Shown one piece after another: positions 37,437 through 48,282 of a DNA stretch of 64,000 bases (positions are counted from its first letter, which is position 1; each line of letters starts with the position of its first letter). The position numbers and the translations under genes were made by a program. The stretch spans positions 468,166 to 532,165 of the forward strand of contig CAWAHY010000004.1 of NCBI GenBank assembly GCA_963782015.1. The letters are read 5' to 3'. The notes beneath the pieces are model-generated. The model worked only from the letters and a program-made list of their open reading frames with translations. It made no database searches and was not told where the DNA came from. Source of the stretch: an uncultured Chloroflexia bacterium (GTDB taxonomy: Bacteria; Chloroflexota; Limnocylindria; QHBO01).

Positions 37437-38969
37437 TCAGCCCCGCTCGAGCGCGAACTTGTCGACGTCGAGCGGCACGTCGACGGGGTAGCGGCCGTTG
37501 AAGCAGGCGGTGCAGTGCCGCTCCCTGACGCCGCCGGTCGCTTCGAGCAGCCCCTCCTCCGAGAGGTAGCCGAGGGTGTCCGCGCCGATCGTGCGGCGGA
37601 TCCCGTCGAGCGAGAGGTTGGCCGCGATCAGCTCGGCCCGGCGGCCGGTGTCGACCCCCATGTAGCACGGGAACTTCATCTGCGGCGAGTGGATGCGGAC
37701 GTGGACCTCGCGCGCGCCGGCGCGGCGCAGCATGGCGACGATCGGGCCGGTGGTCGTGCCGCGCACGATCGAGTCGTCGACGACGACCACGCGCTTGCCG
37801 GCCAGCACCTCCGGCAGCGGGTTGAACTTCAGGCGCACCGACGCCTCGCGCGTGGTCTGTCCGGGCTGGATGAAGGTGCGCCCGACGTATCGGTTCTTGA
37901 TCAGCCCCTCCCGAAACGGGAGTCCGGACTGCTCGGCGTAGCCGATGGCGGCCGGGACCGCGGAGTCCGGCACGGGGATCACCAGGTCGGCCTCCGCCGG
38001 CTGCTCGATCGCCAGGCGGCGCCCCATCCGCAGCCGCGCCTCGTACAGCAGCCGCCCGCCGATGACGCTGTCCGGACGCGCCAGGTAGACGAACTCGAAG
38101 ACGCAGAGTCGCTCCCGCGCATCGCTGGCCTCGGCGCTCACGCCGGGACGCGAGGCGTGGACGCCATCCTCGTCGATGGTCAGGATCTCGCCCGCCTCGA
38201 CGTCGCGCACGAAGGTGGCGCCCATGGCGTCGAGGCCGACGCTCTCCGAGGCCACCGCCCAGCCCGCCGCCCGTCCCTCGGCGTCGTGGAGGCGGCCGAG
38301 CGCCAGCGGCCGGAAGCCGACCGGATCGCGCGCCGCGACCAGCGCCCTTGGGGTGAGCATCGTGAAGGTGAAGGCGCCGGCCGCCCTATGAAAGGCGTGT
38401 TCGACGCGCTGCGCCCAGCTGCGCCCTGGCGCGTGGGCGATCAGCTTGGCGAGCACCTCGGTGTCGCTGGCGGTGACGAACTCGACCCCCTGCTCGGTCA
38501 GCCCGTCGCGCAGCCAGGTGGCGTTCGTCAGGTTGCCGTTGTGGCCCAGCATCAGCTCGCCCAGCTCGCTGTCGGCGTAGACCGGCTGGACATTGGGGAG
38601 GCTGTTCGAGCCGGTCGTGCTGTAGCGGGTGTGCCCGATCGCCAGCCGCGCGGCGTGGCCGCCGGCGGGCCCGTCCTGCTCGGCCTCGAGGCGCGCCAGC
38701 GTCTCCTCGTCGAAGACCTGGCCGACCAGCCCCAGCCGCTTGTGGAGCGAGAGCCGCGTCCCGTCCGAGACGGCGATGCCGGCCGACTCCTGGCCGCGGT
38801 GCTGGAGCGCGTGCAGCCCGAGGGCGGTCAGGTGAGCGACCGGCAGGCCGGGCGCGTAGACCCCGACCACGCCGCACTCCTCGCGTGGACCATGCGGCTC
38901 GTAGCGCGGCAGCTCAGAGAGGTGCGGTCCCGCCTTGGGTGGAGCGGCCGGCAGGCTCGTCCGTCGCAC
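37437..38969 (-). CDS. purF: amidophosphoribosyltransferase
   Basis: Ntn-hydrolase N-terminus (CGVVGVYAPG...HRGQESAGIAV) and PRTase motif (VVVVDDSIVRGTT). 510-aa ORF. The true start is probably downstream of 38969. Confidence 0.85.
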   Translation of the reverse strand: MRRTSLPAAPPKAGPHLSELPRYEPHGPREECGVVGVYAPGLPVAHLTALGLHALQHRGQESAGIAVSDGTRLSLHKRLGLVGQVFDEETLARLEAEQDGPAGGHAARLAIGHTRYSTTGSNSLPNVQPVYADSELGELMLGHNGNLTNATWLRDGLTEQGVEFVTASDTEVLAKLIAHAPGRSWAQRVEHAFHRAAGAFTFTMLTPRALVAARDPVGFRPLALGRLHDAEGRAAGWAVASESVGLDAMGATFVRDVEAGEILTIDEDGVHASRPGVSAEASDARERLCVFEFVYLARPDSVIGGRLLYEARLRMGRRLAIEQPAEADLVIPVPDSAVPAAIGYAEQSGLPFREGLIKNRYVGRTFIQPGQTTREASVRLKFNPLPEVLAGKRVVVVDDSIVRGTTTGPIVAMLRRAGAREVHVRIHSPQMKFPCYMGVDTGRRAELIAANLSLDGIRRTIGADTLGYLSEEGLLEATGGVRERHCTACFNGRYPVDVPLDVDKFALERG

Positions 38970-39128
38970 CGGGGTCAGCGTGCGAGGGGGCGTCGGGGCA
39001 CTCGCCGATGATACCGGAGCCGATGGGCGCCGGGCGGCTCACCCGGACCAAGGTACGGGTCTGGTACGAGGTAGCACGGCGACCCCGTCGCCAGCCGGTC
39101 CCGCGGCCGGGAGCGGCGACAACCCGGG

Positions 39129-40919
39129 GTGACGATCGGGTCATGGCAGCGGCCTGCCGCCGGGGCCATGCTCGCGTCGTCGATCTGGCATCACGCACGA
39201 GTGCACGCATCCATGTTCCGACTCATCCGGGCGCTCGGCTTTCTGGCCCCGGTCCCGGTCGTCCTGCTGGCGATGGTCGCCTTCTCGGTGGTGCCCGGCG
39301 CCGGCGATCGGCAGCTGCTCGTGTGGGGAACTCTCACGGCCCTCGCCGCGGCCGGTGGCGCGTCCCTGATGGCGCTCGCCAGCGGCGGCTACTTCTCCTG
39401 GCGCATGGGGCGACTGGCGAACTCGCTGGAGGGGACCCTCGACACCGATCGACCGATCCGGCTGCGCGTGGCGGGCACGCACGCCGAGCGTCGTCTGGCC
39501 CGCGCCTTCAATGCCGCCAGCGGCGCCTTCGTGCAGGTCGAGGCACGCGCCGCGCACGATCGGCTCACCGGCGTCGCCAACCGCGAGACGCTGTTCACGA
39601 CGCTGAACTCCGAGATCGAGCGCGCCACCCGGCACCACAAGTGGCTGTCGCTGGCCTTCATCGACATCGACCGCTTCAAGCCGATCAACGACACCTACGG
39701 ACACCACACCGGCGACGCCGTCCTGCGCGAGATCGCAGGGCTGATCCGCGACAACATCCGCGCCAGCGACCTCTTCGGCCGCTACGGCGGCGAGGAGTTC
39801 ATGCTGATCCTGCCGGAGACGAACCCGGAGGACGCCACCGTCCTGGCCGAGCACCTTCGCGGGCTGGTGATGGAGCATTCGATGCAGGTCGCGCCGCAGC
39901 AGCCGCTGCGCGTCACCATCAGCGTCGGCGTGGCCGGCGACGTCGGCTCGCAGCTCCAGGCGGATCGCCTGGTCGACCAGGCCGACGCGGCCATGTACGC
40001 GGCCAAGTCGTTGGGTCGCAACCGAACCTACCGCTACCGGGCGGTGGATGACAACGCGCCGGTCCGCCGCGCCCCGATCTCGGCCGAGCGGCGCGCGGCG
40101 GCCACCGCGATCGGCCAGTGGGCCAGCGACACCGCCGCCGAGGCGCTCGCCTCGGTGCTCGCCCCGCAGCCACATCACCGCGGCCAGCCGTCGGACATGA
40201 TCGCGTCGCTCGCCACCGGCATCGCCCTGGAGCTGGGCCTGCCGCACGAGGAGATCGAGCGGATCCGGATCGCGAGCCTGCTGCACGACCTCGGCAAGCT
40301 GGCGGTCCCGACCGAGATCCTCGACAAGCCGACGGCCCTGACCGATCACGACTGGCAGGCGATCGGCGAGCACCCGCGCATCGGGCAGGTGATCCTCGAG
40401 CAGGCTTCGTCCCTGCGCGAGGCGGTGCCGGTGGTGCTCCACCACCACGAGCACTTCAACGGGAGCGGCTATCCGCACGGCCTGCGAGGCAAGGAGATCC
40501 CGCTGGGGGCGCGCATCGTGGCGGTCGCCGACGCCTACCACGCCATGATCCACGACCGCCCCTACAAGACGGCCCGCGACCACCAGGACGCCCTGCGGGA
40601 GCTCCGGGTGAACGCCGGAACGCAGTTCGATCCGGAGATCGTCAACCTCTTCTGCCAGCTCTTCGCCGCCGGCGTCCCGCCCGATGGACTGGCCGAGGTC
40701 TACACCCTGCACCAGCGCGCGCGCGACGGCCACAGGCAGATCGAGCCGGCCGACGCCGTCCGGGTGCTGGCGGCGCCTGACCACGCCGGACATGCACATC
40801 CGCACCCCGCCGGCAACGGACATCCGCACCCCGCCGGCAACGGACACCGGCGCGCCGGGCGAAAGGCGACGGAGGGCGAGGTACCCGAGAAGCTGCCGGC
40901 CGACAAGACGGCAGGCTAG
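39129..40919 (+). CDS. membrane sensor protein with GGDEF (diguanylate cyclase) and HD-GYP (c-di-GMP phosphodiesterase) domains
   Basis: N-terminal TM region. GGDEF domain with RYGGEEFMLILPET (GGEEF variant). HD-GYP domain with LHDLGKLAVP ... HHHEHFNGSGYPHGLRG. Start could be the internal ATG at about 39213 (MFRLIRALG). Confidence 0.75.
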   Translation: MTIGSWQRPAAGAMLASSIWHHARVHASMFRLIRALGFLAPVPVVLLAMVAFSVVPGAGDRQLLVWGTLTALAAAGGASLMALASGGYFSWRMGRLANSLEGTLDTDRPIRLRVAGTHAERRLARAFNAASGAFVQVEARAAHDRLTGVANRETLFTTLNSEIERATRHHKWLSLAFIDIDRFKPINDTYGHHTGDAVLREIAGLIRDNIRASDLFGRYGGEEFMLILPETNPEDATVLAEHLRGLVMEHSMQVAPQQPLRVTISVGVAGDVGSQLQADRLVDQADAAMYAAKSLGRNRTYRYRAVDDNAPVRRAPISAERRAAATAIGQWASDTAAEALASVLAPQPHHRGQPSDMIASLATGIALELGLPHEEIERIRIASLLHDLGKLAVPTEILDKPTALTDHDWQAIGEHPRIGQVILEQASSLREAVPVVLHHHEHFNGSGYPHGLRGKEIPLGARIVAVADAYHAMIHDRPYKTARDHQDALRELRVNAGTQFDPEIVNLFCQLFAAGVPPDGLAEVYTLHQRARDGHRQIEPADAVRVLAAPDHAGHAHPHPAGNGHPHPAGNGHRRAGRKATEGEVPEKLPADKTAG

Positions 40920-40926
40920 CGGGCGC

Positions 40927-43160
40927 TCAGAAGGGGGAGCTCCAGGCGGCGCGCAGCTGATCGAGGCTGGCTCCCAGCCGGGCCTCGCCGATGCTGATCT
41001 CCAGCCGGTCGCCACCGCTCATTCCCAGGCGACGCGCCGCGACGCCTGCAGCCTCGGCCGCGCCAACGATCGCGGCCTCCACTCCGGGTCGGACGGCAAC
41101 CAGCACCCGGCCGCCGCGCTCACCGAAGAGGCTCGCGGTCGGGAAGCCGGCTCGCCTCGAGGGGGAGCGAGATGGTCGCGCCGAGCGACGAGGCGATCGC
41201 CAGCCGCGCCAGGGCGATCCCCAGCCCGCCGACCGAGGCGTCGTGCGCGCCGGCGAGCAGCCCATCGGCCGCGAGGCGACCGAGCAGGTGGACCAGCGCG
41301 GCGGCCGCCGGCAGGTCGAGCGAGGGCTCCCCGCCGAAGCGGCCACGGCGCCAGGCGAGCTCCGAGGCGGCCAGCGCGGCCGCGTCCCAGGCCGGCGCGC
41401 CGAGCAGCCAGATCGCGTCGCCGGGGCCCCAGCGCATGGGGACCGCCCGCGACCGATCCCGCAGCAGCCCAACCGTGCCGACCACCGGGGTCGGCAGGAT
41501 CGGTCCGTCCGGCGTCTCGTTGTAGAGGCTGACATTGCCCGACACGATCGGGACGCCGATGGTGCGGCAGGCCTCCGCCAGGCCGGCCACCGATTCGGCC
41601 AGCTGCCAGTAGCCGGCCGGGTCCTCGGGCGAGCCGAAGTTGAGGCAGTTGGTGATCCCGATCGGCGTCGCCCCGCCGACGGCCACGTTCGTCGCGCCCT
41701 CCACCACGGCCGCCACACCCGCCAGGTACGGGTCGAGCGCGCCGATGCGACCGGGCCCATCCAGCGAGAGCGCGATGGCGGCGGTCGTGCCCTTGATGCG
41801 CAGCAGCGCCGCGTCGCCGGCCCCTGGTCCCACCACCGTGTTCGTGCCGTTCATGTGGTCGTACCGGTGCCAGACGGGCCGGCGGCTGCGCGCGTTGGGG
41901 CTGGCCAACAGCTCGAGCAGCGTGCTCGTCGATGGGGTCTCCGCGGCCAGGTCGTCGAGTCGCTCGGCCCGCCGCGGCGCGAGGCCGGCGGGTGGCGCGG
42001 CCGGCGGCGTGTAGCGCGGCGCGTCTTCGGTCAGCGCGCGACCGGGCACCTCGCAGACCACCTGACCCCCGGCCAGGGCCCTCACCAACGGCTCGGCGAT
42101 GACCCGGCCGATCGTGACCGCCTGGAGCTCGTAGCGGTCGAAGACCGCCTGCACCTCCGCCTCGCGACCGGCGCGCACGACGAGGAGCATCCGCTCCTGC
42201 GATTCGCTGAGGAGCACCTCGTACGGGGTCATCCCCGGCTCGCGGCGCGGCACGAGATCGAGCTCCACCTCCGCTCCGCAGCCGCCTCGGGCGGAGACCT
42301 CCGCCAGCGCACAGGTCAGCCCGGCGGCGCCGAGGTCCTGCATCGCCACCACGGCATCCGAGCCGCTCAGCTCCAGGCATGCCTCCATCAGCAGCTTCTC
42401 GAGGAACGGGTTGCCGACCTGCACCGCCGGCCGTCGCTCGTCGCGGTCCTCGCCGAGCGACGCCGAGGCGAAGCTGGCGCCCTGGATCCCGTCGCGACCG
42501 GTGGATGCCCCGACCAGCAGCAGGGCGTTGCCCGGCCCGGCGGCGCGGGCGAGCGTGATCTCGTCGTGCCGGGCGATGCCGACGCACATGGCGTTCACCA
42601 GCGGGTTGCCGTTGTACGTGGCGTCGAAGCCGATCTCACCGCCGACGTCGGGGATGCCGATGCAGTTGCCGTAGCCGGCGATCCCCGCCACGACGCCGCC
42701 GAGCAGGTAACGGTTGCGCGTCGCCGCGGCCGCATCGGTTCGGCCGGTGGCGTCCTCGAACGGGTCGAGCGGGCCGAAGCGCAGCGAGTTCAGCAGCGCG
42801 ATCGGGCGCGCACCCATGGTGAAGATGTCGCGGATGATGCCGCCGACGCCGGTCGCGGCCCCCTGGTAGGGCTCGACCGCGGAGGGGTGGTTGTGCGACT
42901 CGACCTTGAAGACGACCGCCAGCCCATCGCCGATGTCGATCGCGCCGGCGTTCTCGCCAGGCCCGACCAGGACCCGATCCCCACCGGTCGGGAGCGTGCC
43001 CAGGCAGCGGCCGCGAGTGCTTGTAGGCGCAGTGCTCGCTCCACATGGCACCGAACATGCCGAGCTCGACGAGGTTCGGCTCGCGGCCAAGGGCAGCCAC
43101 CACCAGCCCGTACTCAGCCTCGGTCAGCCCGTGTCGCTCCGCGGGCGCGGCGATGGTCAC
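40927..43160 (-). CDS. purL: phosphoribosylformylglycinamidine synthase subunit PurL (FGAM synthase II), frame interrupted twice
   Basis: N-terminal ~55 aa are in the frame of ORF 42636-43160 ([50 protein letters not shown]). The body is in the frame of ORF 41120-43090 ([17 protein letters not shown] ... [25 protein letters not shown]...). The C-terminal ~60 aa are in the frame of ORF 40927-41760 ([14 protein letters not shown]...LRAAWSSPF*). Switches near 43000 and near 41155. Confidence 0.8.
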
Positions 43161-43167
43161 GCGGCGA

Positions 43168-44121
43168 TCAGGCTCGCCAGAGGCGGGTGAGGGAGCCGAT
43201 CACCACGATCAGGCCGGCCAGCAGGAAGATGATCCCGCCCGGCGAGAGGGTGCGGAGGACCTGCACCAGGTCGCGGCCCGGCTCGCCGAGCAGCTCGACC
43301 ACCAGGAAGAGGATCGCCAGGCCGAGGCCCCATGCCAGCGCGACGGCGAGGCCCACGCGCTGGATCGCCCCCGGGGCAGCGCGCACGAATCCGGCGACGG
43401 CGAGGCCGACCAGGAGGAGCAGGAGGACGGGGACCGGGCCGGCCAGGCCGAAGTAGGCGGCATCGGTCAGCGGCCCGCTGGGATAGCCACGCCAGAAGGC
43501 GATCCCGTAGCCGCCTGGCGCCCCGAAGGAGCGGTCCCAGAGCGACGCGCCGCCGAAGGCGAAGGGAAGCAGCCACGCCGTCAGCAGGCCGGCCGCACCG
43601 ATCAGCAGCACCAGCGGGCCGAGGATCGCGCGGTTCGAGGCAGCCTCCCGCGCCGCGCGGGCCTCGAGCACGCCGGGGTCCGCGGGACGCAGGTTGGCGC
43701 CGCAGTTCTGGCAGAAGGCGACCCCGGCGCGGTTGTGCGTCCCGCAGCGCGGGCAGGCCTGCGTCCCCTCCGGGGGAGCGGGGCGTTCGACGGCAGCGGG
43801 CGCGCCGGCCGTCATCAGGCGCTGGCCGCAGCTGCTGCAGAAGGCGATCCCGGGTCGGTTCTCGGTGCCGCAGCGCGGGCAGTGGGTCCCCTCGCCGAGC
43901 GGCGTGGCGGGCACCGGGTGCGCCGCGATGGTGTCGGCCGGTGGTGGGCTGAGCGGCGGTGGGACGACCCAGGCCTCAGCCTCGCTGGGTGCCGGCGGCG
44001 GTGTCGCCTCCTCCGCCTGGGCCTCCTCCGTCGGCGCCTCGCTCACCGGCTCCGGAGGCTGCTCCGCGGGAGCGTCAGCCGGGTCCCGCTCGTCATCCGG
44101 CATCGGGCGATGAACCTCCAC
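43168..44121 (-). CDS. membrane protein with two N-terminal zinc-ribbon motifs
   Basis: Acidic and proline-rich N-terminus, then [22 protein letters not shown] and [22 protein letters not shown], then ~4 TM helices. Sits between purQ and purL in the same orientation. Confidence 0.5.
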   Translation of the reverse strand: MEVHRPMPDDERDPADAPAEQPPEPVSEAPTEEAQAEEATPPPAPSEAEAWVVPPPLSPPPADTIAAHPVPATPLGEGTHCPRCGTENRPGIAFCSSCGQRLMTAGAPAAVERPAPPEGTQACPRCGTHNRAGVAFCQNCGANLRPADPGVLEARAAREAASNRAILGPLVLLIGAAGLLTAWLLPFAFGGASLWDRSFGAPGGYGIAFWRGYPSGPLTDAAYFGLAGPVPVLLLLLVGLAVAGFVRAAPGAIQRVGLAVALAWGLGLAILFLVVELLGEPGRDLVQVLRTLSPGGIIFLLAGLIVVIGSLTRLWRA

Positions 44122-44145
44122 CTGGACCGCTTCGGAGGCCTCCGA

Positions 44146-44874
44146 TCATAGCCGACGCTCGGCGACCGCCGGCTGTGCGACCAGCCACGCGTCGAGCGAG
44201 CGGAGGAGGCGCAGGCCATCGGTCCCGCCCACCTCGGCCTCGGCGGCGCGCTCCGGGTGCGGCATCAGCCCCAGCACGTTGCCGCGCTCGTTGACGATCC
44301 CTGCGATCGACCGCAGCGACCCGTTGGGATTGGCGTCGGGGACGACCGCCCCCGACTCGTCGGCGTAGCGCAGGACGACCCGGCCGCTCGCCTCGAGCTC
44401 GTCGAGCACCGCGGGGTCGGCGTAGTAGCGGCCCTCGCCGTGGGAGATGGGAAGCCGGATCGTCTCGCCGGCGGCCAGGCTGCCGAGCCACGGACCGGCG
44501 GCCCGCTCGACCCGCAGCGGCTGCCAGTCACAGCGGAACTGGAGGTGGTCGTTGCGGAGCAGGACGCCCGGCAGGATGCCGGCCTCGGTGAGCACCTGGA
44601 ACCCGTTGCAGGATCCAAGCACCGCTCCACCGGCCGCGGCGAACGCCTCCACGCCGCGCATCACCGGCGAGAAGCGCGCGATCGCTCCCGTGCGCAGGTA
44701 GTCGCCATGGGCGAAGCCACCGGGCAGCACGACGGCATCGGGGTCGCCCAGGTCGTCGTCCAGGTGCCAGACCAGGCGCGCATCCCAGCCGAGCAGCCCG
44801 GCGACGTGCATGAAGTCGCGCTCGCTCCAGGTTCCCGGGAAGACGACCACCGCGATCCGCGGCGAGCGGCTCAC
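44146..44874 (-). CDS. purQ: phosphoribosylformylglycinamidine synthase subunit PurQ (glutaminase)
   Basis: IAVVVFPGTWSERDF ... VVLPGGFAHGDYLR ... GSCNGFQVL ... HGEGRY ... MPHPER. GTG start at 44874 overlaps the purS stop (GTGA). Confidence 0.8.
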   Translation of the reverse strand: MSRSPRIAVVVFPGTWSERDFMHVAGLLGWDARLVWHLDDDLGDPDAVVLPGGFAHGDYLRTGAIARFSPVMRGVEAFAAAGGAVLGSCNGFQVLTEAGILPGVLLRNDHLQFRCDWQPLRVERAAGPWLGSLAAGETIRLPISHGEGRYYADPAVLDELEASGRVVLRYADESGAVVPDANPNGSLRSIAGIVNERGNVLGLMPHPERAAEAEVGGTDGLRLLRSLDAWLVAQPAVAERRL

Positions 44875-45149
44875 GCGCCGACCTCGATCGCCGCCGCCTC
44901 GTCGACGCGCAGCTCCCAGTCGGCGGTCTCCATCACCGGGTTGGCGAGCAGGCGCCGGCACATCTCCGCCACGGCGCCCTCGGCGGCCGCTCGATCCGGG
45001 GCCTCGAAGGCGAGGCGCAGCAGCTTGCCGGCGCGCACGTCGCTCACCGTCTCGAAGCCGAGCGAGCGCAGGCCACCGGCGATGGTCTGTCCCTCCGGGT
45101 CGGCGATTCCGGGCCGCAGCCGAACGTGCACGTCCGCCTGCCAGCGCAT
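44871..45149 (-). CDS. purS: phosphoribosylformylglycinamidine synthase subunit PurS
   Basis: 92-aa C-terminal piece of ORF 44871-45725 from ATG 45149 (MRWQADVHVRLRPGIADPEGQTIAGGLRSLGF...LLANPVMETADWEL). Start overlaps the purC stop by 1 nt. Confidence 0.8.
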   Translation of the reverse strand: MRWQADVHVRLRPGIADPEGQTIAGGLRSLGFETVSDVRAGKLLRLAFEAPDRAAAEGAVAEMCRRLLANPVMETADWELRVDEAAAIEVGA

Positions 45150-46048
45150 CAGGCCGATTCCCCCGGAGCGCCCCAGCGATCCCCGGTCAGCCGTTCGTAC
45201 GCGGTGACGTAGCGCTCCCGCGTGCCGCCGATCACCTCGTCGGGAAGGCGCGGGGCCGGCGGCTCCTTGTCCCAGCCCGAGGCCGCCACGAAGTCGCGGA
45301 CGTACTGCTTGTCGAACGACGGCGGGCTCGCCCCGGGGGCGTACAGGTCTGCGTCCCAGAAGCGGCTCGAATCGGGGGTGAGCAGCTCGTCGATGAGGGC
45401 CACCGAGCCGTCGATCCAGCCAAACTCGAACTTCGTGTCGGCCAGGATCAGCCCGACCCCGGCGGCCCGTTCGGCGCCCGCCCGATAGAGCGCCAGCGAC
45501 CGCTCCTCCAGCTCCCGCGCGAGGTCGGCGCCGACCATCTCGGCCAGCTGCTGCCGCGTGATGTTCTCGTCGTGCCCCACCTCGGCCTTGGTGGACGGCG
45601 TGAAGATCGGCTCGGGCAGTCGGTCGGCCTCGCGCAGCCCGGCCGGCAGCCGATGCCCGCCCACCTCGCCACGCGCCCGGTACTCCGCCCAGCCCGACCC
45701 GGCCAGGTAGCCGCGCACCACGCACTCGGCGTCGATCCGCCGGGCACGGCGCGCCAGGGTGACGCGGCCCGCCAGCTCGGGGCTCCGCGCCGCCTCCGGC
45801 AGGTCGTCCGCCGCGGTTGAGAGGAAATGCGTCGGCCCAAGTGAGGCGAGGCGCTCGAACCAGAAGGCCGAGAGCGCGGTGAGGAGCCTCCCCTTGTCGG
45901 GGATCGGCTGGTCGAAGACGACGTCGAAGGCGGAGAGCCGATCGGTCGCCACCAGCAGGAGCTGGTCGTCGCCCACGGCGTACGTCTCCCGCACCTTGCC
46001 GCGATGCAGGAGCGGCAGCCCCGGGATGGTCGAATGGGTGAGGGTCAC
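45149..46048 (-). CDS. purC: phosphoribosylaminoimidazole-succinocarboxamide synthase (SAICAR synthetase)
   Basis: GKVRETYAVGDDQLLLVATDRLSAFD ... ADTKFEFG. GTG start at 46048 overlaps the upstream stop (GTGA). Confidence 0.85.
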   Translation of the reverse strand: MTLTHSTIPGLPLLHRGKVRETYAVGDDQLLLVATDRLSAFDVVFDQPIPDKGRLLTALSAFWFERLASLGPTHFLSTAADDLPEAARSPELAGRVTLARRARRIDAECVVRGYLAGSGWAEYRARGEVGGHRLPAGLREADRLPEPIFTPSTKAEVGHDENITRQQLAEMVGADLARELEERSLALYRAGAERAAGVGLILADTKFEFGWIDGSVALIDELLTPDSSRFWDADLYAPGASPPSFDKQYVRDFVAASGWDKEPPAPRLPDEVIGGTRERYVTAYERLTGDRWGAPGESA

Positions 46049-46967
46049 GGATGGGCCTCCTGAGCCGTCGCGCGTGCCGCCTCGCCCACGGGCTCCAGCT
46101 CCAGCGACCACCACGCCGAGACCCAGGTGTGGATCGCGCCGAAGGCCAGCACGAGGGCGAGCCAGACCGCCACGAAGCCTAGCAGCAGCAGGAGCGCCTG
46201 CGGGCTGACCAGCTGCCCGGCAGCGAGCTCAACCCGGATGGGTGCCCACAGCACGCGGAGCAGCGCAGTTGCCAGCGTGAGGGCGAGGAGATCGGTCAGG
46301 AGCGCGGTGGCCCCCAGGCCGAGGCGCCGCAGCGGTCGACTCACGATGTCGCGCGCGCCCCCCCGGAGCGCCCTGCCGACCGGGGTGGCCCCGGCCCCGG
46401 TAGACCGCCGCAGCGCAGCGGCGCCGAGGGCCTGACCGATCAGCATGCAGGCCATCAGCGCCACGAGCAGCGGGATGAGGTGCCGGATGATCCGCAGCAG
46501 CAGCGGCCCACCGATGTCTGGCGCCCCGAACTCTGCCGGCGCGACCGCGGCGATCCCGCTGATGAGGGTCGTCGCGACGGCGACCGCGGGCAGCGCGGCG
46601 ATCAACAGGACGCTGAAGGCGACCTCCGTCTCGCGCGTCAGCGAGCGGCCGGGCGTGCCCTGCCCCGCACCGCGCAGCAGGGCCGCCTCCGCCAGCGCGG
46701 CGAGCAGGCAGGCGATCAGCACGACGATGGTGGCCAGCGTGGCGAGCAGCAGGATGTTCCATGGAAATGCCCCCGAGCTGAGCACCCGCGCACCCAGGAA
46801 GGCCAGGTCGCTCGCCTTCGGCAGCGCGGCCACGGTCAGCACCAGCGGGAGCCAGCCGAGATACACCAGCGAGCCGAGCGCTGCCGGCAGCCACAGGTCC
46901 GGCCGTTCGGCCGCCAGTCCGGCAGCCGCGGCGGCGTTGCGGAGCCAGCCGCCGATGCCGCTCACGA
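46045..46967 (-). CDS. hypothetical polytopic membrane protein
   Basis: ~7 hydrophobic helices (LWLPAALGSLVYLGWLPLVLTVAAL ... NILLLATLATIVVLIACLLAAL ...). No recognisable family. Lies between purB and purC in the same orientation. Start is uncertain. Confidence 0.4.
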
Positions 46968-48282
46968 CGGACGCCGATCCTCGACGTCGAGCCCCAGCGC
47001 CCGGTACGTCGCGGCGATCCCGGCCAGGTGGCGCTCGAGGTCCATCGCACGCTCGACCTCGTCGCGGCTCAGCCAACGGGCCACGCCCGCGTCAGCCTGC
47101 AGCTCTTCATGGAAGCTCCCCGCGCCGGCCCAGGCCCGCTTGGCGGCGCCCTGGACCAGGCGATACGCCTCCTGGCGATCGGCCCCCTTGGCGACCATGG
47201 CCAGCAGCAGCGCCTCGGAGTAGACCATCCCGCCGAGCAGGCCGAGGTTGGAGGCCATCCGGGCGGCATCGACCTCGAGCCCGCGGATGAGCCCGGTCAT
47301 CGAGCGGGTGGCGTAGGCGGCGACCCCCAGCGCACGCTCGAAGACGAAGCGCTCCGCGCTGGAGTGGCTGATGTCGCGCTCGTGCCAGAGCGCCATGTTC
47401 TCGAGCGCCACCAGCGCGTCGGCGCGCAGCAGCCGAACCAGGCCGGTGATCCGCTCCGCGAGGACCGGGTTGCGCTTGTGGGGCATGGCGCTGCTCCCCT
47501 GCTGGCCCGCGCCGAAGGGTTCGAACGCCTCCCCGACCTCCGTTCGCTGCAGGTGCCGCAGCTCGACCGCGATCCGCTCCAGCGTCCCGCCCAGGATGGC
47601 CAGCGCGGTGAGCAGCTCGGCGTGTCGGTCGCGGCTGACCACCTGGGTCGCCGCCGGGTCCGCGGCCAGCCCCAGCGAGTCGCAGACGAAGCGCTCCACC
47701 TCGACCGCAACATGGGCGTGCGTGCCCACCGCACCCGAGATCTTGCCGACCGCGATCCCCTCGCGGGCGCGGGCGAGCCGGGCCTGGTCACGCTCCACCT
47801 CGGCGTACCAGCCGGCCACCTTGAAGCCAAAGGTGATCGGCTCGGCATGGATCCCGTGGCTGCGCCCGACCATCGCGGTGGACCGATGCTCCACCGCCAT
47901 CTCGCGCAGCGCGGCCGCCAGCTGTCCCAGCTCCCCCTCCACGAACCGCGGTCGCGTCGCGCAGCACGACGGCGGTGGCGGTGTCGAGCAGGTCGGAGCT
48001 GGTCAGGCCGTAGTGCAGCCATCGCCCTTCGGGGCCAAGCCGCTCTGTGACCGAGCGCAGGAAGGCGATGACGTCGTGCTGCGACTCCTGCTCGATCTCG
48101 TGGGCGCGCGCCGCGTCCACCTCCCCGGCCGAGGCACCGATCCGCTCCCAGTCGGCGTCGGGCACGACGCCGGCCGCGTGCAGCCCCTCGGCCGCGAGCA
48201 GCTCGATCCGCAGCCACAGCCCGAGCTTGTGCCGCTCGCTGAAGAGCTCCTGCAGCTCGGGGATCGCGTAGCGGTCGATCAT
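46962..48282 (-). CDS. purB: adenylosuccinate lyase, frame interrupted once
   Basis: N-terminal ~115 aa from ATG 48282 are in the frame of ORF 47788-48795 ([33 protein letters not shown] ... [20 protein letters not shown]). The remainder is in the frame of ORF 46962-47942 ([39 protein letters not shown] ... [16 protein letters not shown] ...). Switch near 47935. Length is not a multiple of 3. Confidence 0.8.

Noticed and set aside
38970-39128. Possible ZTP (pfl) or purine riboswitch upstream of purF, with similar checks upstream of purE/purD/guaA
   Set aside because: I looked by eye for the conserved GGGUCGUGAC...CCGGGCGGA pseudoknot core and for the guanine-riboswitch junction consensus on the sense strand and found nothing. 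A covariance-model scan (Rfam RF01750, RF00167) would be the decisive check.
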